A stretch of 26,700 nucleotides of DNA from Octopus sinensis. Lineage: Eukaryota. Shown here piece after piece: positions 22,534 through 26,700 of the stretch (position 1 is the stretch's first letter; each line of letters starts with the position of its first letter). Made by a program: the position numbers and the translations under genes. The notes beneath the pieces are model-generated. The model was given only the letters and a program-made list of their open reading frames with translations, did no database searches and was not told where the DNA came from. The stretch spans positions 1-26,700 of the forward strand of contig NW_021834723.1 in the NCBI RefSeq assembly GCF_006345805.1, given 5' to 3'.

Positions 22534-23024
22534 ATTCAGAACACCAGTGTTCGCCAAATTCCATTGAGCGAACATACAGAGACAAGTGGTCAGAAAATGC
22601 TTCTAATTTTTCCTTTTTACAACCTACATGGCGCAAGTGAGATTGGAAGAAAGATGAAAGAAAAATGGTTTATTAAAATGTTCAGACCTTTTCTGAACGG
22701 AAATAACAGCAATAATATAACAAACAGTTAATGGTGTGAGATAATAAATATAAACAAATTACAGAATATCGATCTGCCGGGCAAACCGTGATGTTTAAGG
22801 CATGTGAATTCATCAAAAGGGTATTCTAAAAATTCAGCTGGTTGGAGCGTTGCAAGAGGTACTAAAGTTGTCAAGAACTCAACTGTCAGTTAAACATATT
22901 TGAAATCTGATGAGTACATTATGTATGAAAGCGATAATTTTATTAAAATGCCATAAATAAAAAACGTAAAAACCAGACTGTTTTAACTTTTATTCAACTG
23001 ATATATTACTCTATACGAATTCAC

Positions 23025-23030
<6 letters not shown>
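22534..23030 (+). mobile_element. Penelope-like element 3' remnant: GIY-YIG endonuclease C-terminus (22534-22731) plus 3' UTR/pLTR
   Basis: Stop-to-stop frame IQNTSVRQIPLSEHTETSGQKMLLIFPFYNLHGASEIGRKMKEKWFIKMFRPFLN resembles the GIY-YIG C-terminal pattern ..R....EH...C....F.IFPFY.......R...E..FI..F.P.LN. Followed by a hammerhead, AATAAA at 22956-22961 and (TA)n at ~23030. Confidence 0.8.
22901..22942 (+). ncRNA. Minimal type I hammerhead ribozyme (PLE type)
   Basis: UGAAAU-CUGAUGA-GUAC(AUUAU)GUAU-GAAA-GCGA-UA^AUUUUA. Stem I is 6 bp (22901-22906 with 22937-22942, one G.U), stem II is 4 bp, stem III is reduced to A-U with loop GCGA. Predicted cleavage between 22936 and 22937. Confidence 0.8.
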
Positions 23031-23061
<31 letters not shown>

Positions 23062-23410
23062 ATAAATGTGCATATATGTATATACAAGAGTTAAGGGATG
23101 GAGTTGATAAGATTCGGGTTACGTATGTTTAATAGCGAACGGAAGCTCAGAAGTGGTAAATATCTAAGTGGGGTATATACCGTAGGCTACTCTTCAGGCC
23201 AAAGATATCTTGATTAAATGAAAGTGTACGTAGTCGCAAGGAGATACATATTAACACAATCTATATATACAACTTTACGCCTACACGCATACGTATATAT
23301 ATACACGCATACATATATATATATACACACACACACACACAATGTTTATCACGTTGTAGACCCCAATATATTTAATTGTCCATTACTGATACCCCTCGTA
23401 GCCATAGTAA

Positions 23411-23636
23411 GTAATACGCAAGAAATATCAAATATTGATATAAATCTAATCCGTGAGTTGCCATTTAGGTGTTAGTTCTTCTGGTGTTAGTGCTTAGAGA
23501 CATTGTGAGTAATACGCAATATCAAATATTTATATAATCTAATCCATCATTACCATTTCGACGTTGCTTTCCTTGGTGTTAGTTCTTAGGGATATAGCAA
23601 TACGTAATATCAAATATTTGTAAAAAATCTTATCCC
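23411..23636. repeat. Degenerate tandem duplication, about 2.4 units of 88-98 bp
   Basis: g(t/c)aatacg...aatatcaaatatt...aatct(a/t)atcc recurs at 23411, 23509 and 23597. Confidence 0.85.
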
Positions 23637-24027
23637 TGATTAGCTGTAACTCTCCTTGTATATTGGATTTGTACATACGTCTGCCCGAACATGCAGAAGA
23701 AACATTCTGTTTATATGTCTTGAGCATATATTTACCGTTCAGTTCTGCTTAAATAAAGAGAAGGGAAAGAGAGAATATCTTGTATTTATATAATTGTTTT
23801 GGCTTCGTTTTTGTTTCCCTTATGTGAAGAGCGTTGTTTGTGATATAATATCCAGATCTGATGATCTATGTTTAGAATGTCATCGACATGGAGTTTGTAG
23901 TTTATATTTAAATAATGCTGCATCTTGGTGAATATTAACAAGCTAGCCAATCCTTCATTGCGTTACACTAAAACGAATGAGTTATCAACTCGGAGCAACA
24001 GAGACTAAAAGAATAAAGAAACCCACC

Positions 24028-24424
24028 ATGCAGGATGTGTGGTAAGTAGCTTGCTTACCAACCACACGGTTCCGGGTTCAGTCCCACTGCGTGGCACCTT
24101 GGGCAAGTGTCTTCTACTATAGCCTCGGGCCGACCAAAGCCTTGTGAGTGGATTTGGTAGACGGAAACTGAAAGAAGTCCGTCGTATATATGTATATGTA
24201 TATACATATATGTGTGTGTGTGTTCGTGTGTCTGTGTTTGTCCCCCTATCATTGCTTGACAACCGATGCTAGTATGTTTATGTCCCCGTTACTTAGCGGT
24301 TCGGCAAAAGAGACCGATAGAATAAGTACTGGGCTTACAAAAGAGTTACTTGATTAAAGGCGGTGCTCCAGCATGGCCGCAGTCAAATGACTGAAACATG
24401 TAAAAGAGTAAAAGAGAGAAAGAG
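24028..24424 (+). mobile_element. tRNA-derived octopus SINE, near full length, with an internal (TA)/(TG) stretch
   Basis: gtgtggtaag (A-box end), B-box GGTTCAGTCC at 24075-24084, body ggcaagtgtcttctactatagcctcgggccgacc..., 3' end aaggcggtgctccagcatggccgcagtcaaatgactgaaac plus an A-rich tail. Confidence 0.9.
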
Positions 24425-24590
24425 TCAGAAGAAGGGATAGAAAATGGTGGGGTGCGGCGAGATTGTACTGGTGAATGTTTTGTTCTTATCAATTGGCACC
24501 TCAATATAATTATGTGTGTACGTGTATATTTCAGGGTCACACCCTTGTACTTCAGTCTCTAGATATTTGCCTATTTGTACGTTTTAAGCG

Positions 24591-24740
24591 AAGGCATGGC
24601 TGTGTGGTTAAGAGAAGCGCTTTGCGACCACTTTGTCTCGGGTTCATTCCCACTGTGAAGCTATTATATAACCCCGGGGTGATCAATGCCTTTTGAATGA
24701 AACCGGCAGACGGAAATTATGTGAAAGCGCGTCGTATATG
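24591..24740 (+). mobile_element. Older 5' half of the same SINE family, running into (CA)n
   Basis: A-box TGGCTGTGTGG at 24597-24607, B-box GGTTCATTCC at 24641-24650, and gcagacggaaa...gtcgtatat matching 24155-24190. Confidence 0.75.
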
Positions 24741-24744
24741 TAAT

Positions 24745-24745
24745 C

Positions 24746-24837
<92 letters not shown>

Positions 24838-24845
24838 ACACACAT
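24745..24845. repeat. (CA)n microsatellite
   Basis: Direct reading. Confidence 0.97.
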
Positions 24846-24898
24846 AACTCGCATTGTACATAATTCCTACCAGGAATGGAACGGAACATGAGCCAAAC

Positions 24899-24959
<61 letters not shown>

Positions 24960-25458
24960 TTGTAATAAAGTAGATAGTGATGATGATGATTTTAATATAG
25001 GCTTGAGACGCGTTATTCGCCCTCCAGTTCATAACAGGTATCTATTTTAACAAATAACTAAAGTAGACGTTGAAGACAATGCAAATATAACATCGAAAGA
25101 AATGGGAAGCGAATGAGGAAATATAAATTAGAAAATGTTTTGTGAAAGATGTGTTAAACTCAATAAAGAATCTATTGTTAGCAAGTGAAAGAATTTAACT
25201 TGTTTGCTGCCAGAGATTCTGAAGTACTTGAATATCGATTATTTTTACTCTCCAGACGTTTCTCTCCTGTCGGTCGGAGCGATTGACTTTCATCGGTGTC
25301 ACCTTTAGAGTTTTTAACTTAATTTCATAGAAGTGGAAAATTTAGAAGTCGAGATAAATACCCATCTGTTGGTTGTTGGACATCTTTACACAGTAAGATT
25401 AATGTAGGAAGTAAGTGTTATTATATGTTAGCTGTTCCATACAAGAATACCAAGAAAT

Positions 25459-25994
25459 ATTTTTTTTATCCAATGCAGAATGTCATGTGATTACAATCAT
25501 TGGTCTCAGAGAAATTACCACCCTCTCTATCTCGCACCCTCACGCAAACTCATATTCATACAGACACCCTCAGAAGGTGAGAAGAGTAAGTTGTTTCCAT
25601 TTTATATTTTTAATTTCGCGCATGTGCATTGTTTTCTTTGATTTTGTCGACTACACAGTATAGTAGGGTCAGTTGGGCACCGTCTGTGAGAAAAACAGTA
25701 CCAAGTCGCATCTCAGTCTGCCTGAAACCTGGGAACGACATGCTGTATTGCTTCTCATTCACTCCAGAATCTCCAATACGAACATTTCAGAGTGTTTGGG
25801 TGTCAATCAGAAGACATGTACCGAGAGTGATAAAATTCAAACATGTAGTCAACATCATGGTGTTTTGAGTGATCAATAGTGATGGCGACGTCATGCCTCC
25901 ATTCATCATCCCACACGACCTCACACTCAATACGGAGGCCTGCATTAAGTGGCTGGAGGTGGGTCAAGAAAGTGGCTGTTGGAAGACTCATGTA
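25459..25994 (+). mobile_element. Tc1/mariner-superfamily transposon fragment: 5' region, HTH start, large internal deletion, partial DDD domain
   Basis: LPETWERHAVLLLIHSRISNTNISECLGVNQKT (HTH-like) is joined near 25815-25822 to RVIKFKHVVNIMVF*VINSDGDVMPPFIIPHDLTLNTEACIKWLE, matching the KH....MV.G.....G...P.F pattern of Tc1/maT-type transposases. Confidence 0.8.
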
Positions 25995-26031
25995 CGTGTG
26001 TGTGTGTATGTGTGTGTGTATGTATATATGT

Positions 26032-26647
26032 TAGGTTGTTTCACATGAAATGTCGTATTTGAAAGGTAATAATAAAATGTTTCAGAAGTATTAGAAAACT
26101 GATTTATTTAATCAAGTATGATCCATGTTCATTTGTGACGTTTACCCAACATTTCTCTATGTCATATATTCCATCTTTATAAAAAAATTCATCTTTTGCT
26201 GTGATAAACTGTCCGAATGCTACAATTACCTCTTCTTTATTTAAGAATGTCTTATTGCTTATGAAAATCTCAAAATGTTAAATAAGTGATGATCAGTAGG
26301 AGAGATATCAGGGGAACAGGGAGGATGTTGCAAAATCTCATACTTCAGGCTTTGCAACTTTTTGGACTGTAGCTTGAAGAGTGTGGGGACGCGTTTTTCT
26401 TTGTTGCAAAAATGAATACTGAATAACTCTCTTCGCAGACCACCACACAGTGAGCACGGGTGCAATGGTGGGTTTGGGTAGTGTTTAGGTAATTCTCCTG
26501 CATCTAATCACTGTCCTGTTCTCCTGCTGTTGTCAAAGAGTATCCATTTCTCATCTCAAGTAATGATTTGTTGCGAAAATGGTCTTTTTCCAGTCGAGGC
26601 GTCGTTTTTTTTTTTTTTATCTCTTTCAGTTGATGTGGAACAACCTA
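26032..26647 (-). mobile_element. Internally deleted mariner (DD34D-type) element retaining both TIRs
   Basis: Minus strand: PFSQQIIT*DEKWILFDNSRRTGQ*LD...PKH.P.P.LHP / VLTVWWS...IQYSFL // NA.PH...KLQSLKYEILQHPPCSPDISPTDHHLF, i.e. the mariner TxDEKW, WWS and HPPYSPD motifs. TIRs at 26032-26049 and 26630-26647, 16/18 identical (taggttgtt[t/c]cacat[g/c]aa). Confidence 0.9.
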
Positions 26648-26700
26648 TCCGTTTTCTTAACTTTTCCAATTTTTTACAGTGTGCAGAACAGTTGTGCGAG

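Noticed and set aside
23170-23200. Third hammerhead-like motif on the minus strand (CTGAAGA-GTAG-c-CTAC-GGTA...)
   Set aside because: GAAA is replaced by GGTA, the stem II loop is 1 nt and no stem I forms. At most a decayed PLE relic that cannot be supported as a ribozyme.

Overview
AT-rich, microsatellite-saturated eukaryotic DNA. The SINE families and repeat landscape match what I recall from Octopus genomes; that species assignment is inference, not a search result. I cannot support any host protein-coding gene, rRNA, true tRNA gene or CRISPR array. Nearly all ORFs in the supplied track are artefacts of di-, tri- and tetranucleotide repeats. The non-simple sequence is mostly decayed transposons: a Helitron helicase C-terminal fragment, two diverged L1/Tx1-clade LINE 3' ends, an RTE-like 5' UTR remnant, two Penelope-like (PLE) remnants, a 580-bp MITE, two internally deleted Tc1/mariner elements and several tRNA-derived SINEs, two of them nested in older repeats with clean target-site duplications. 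The most notable signals are: (1) two hammerhead ribozyme cores at 21.8 and 22.9 kb, one inside a 57-bp near-perfect inverted repeat and one a minimal PLE-type motif after a GIY-YIG C-terminus; (2) a Tx1-like LINE sitting between CA(TATC)n tracts, suggesting microsatellite targeting; (3) a (TA)n tract that appears to have received three separate insertions.
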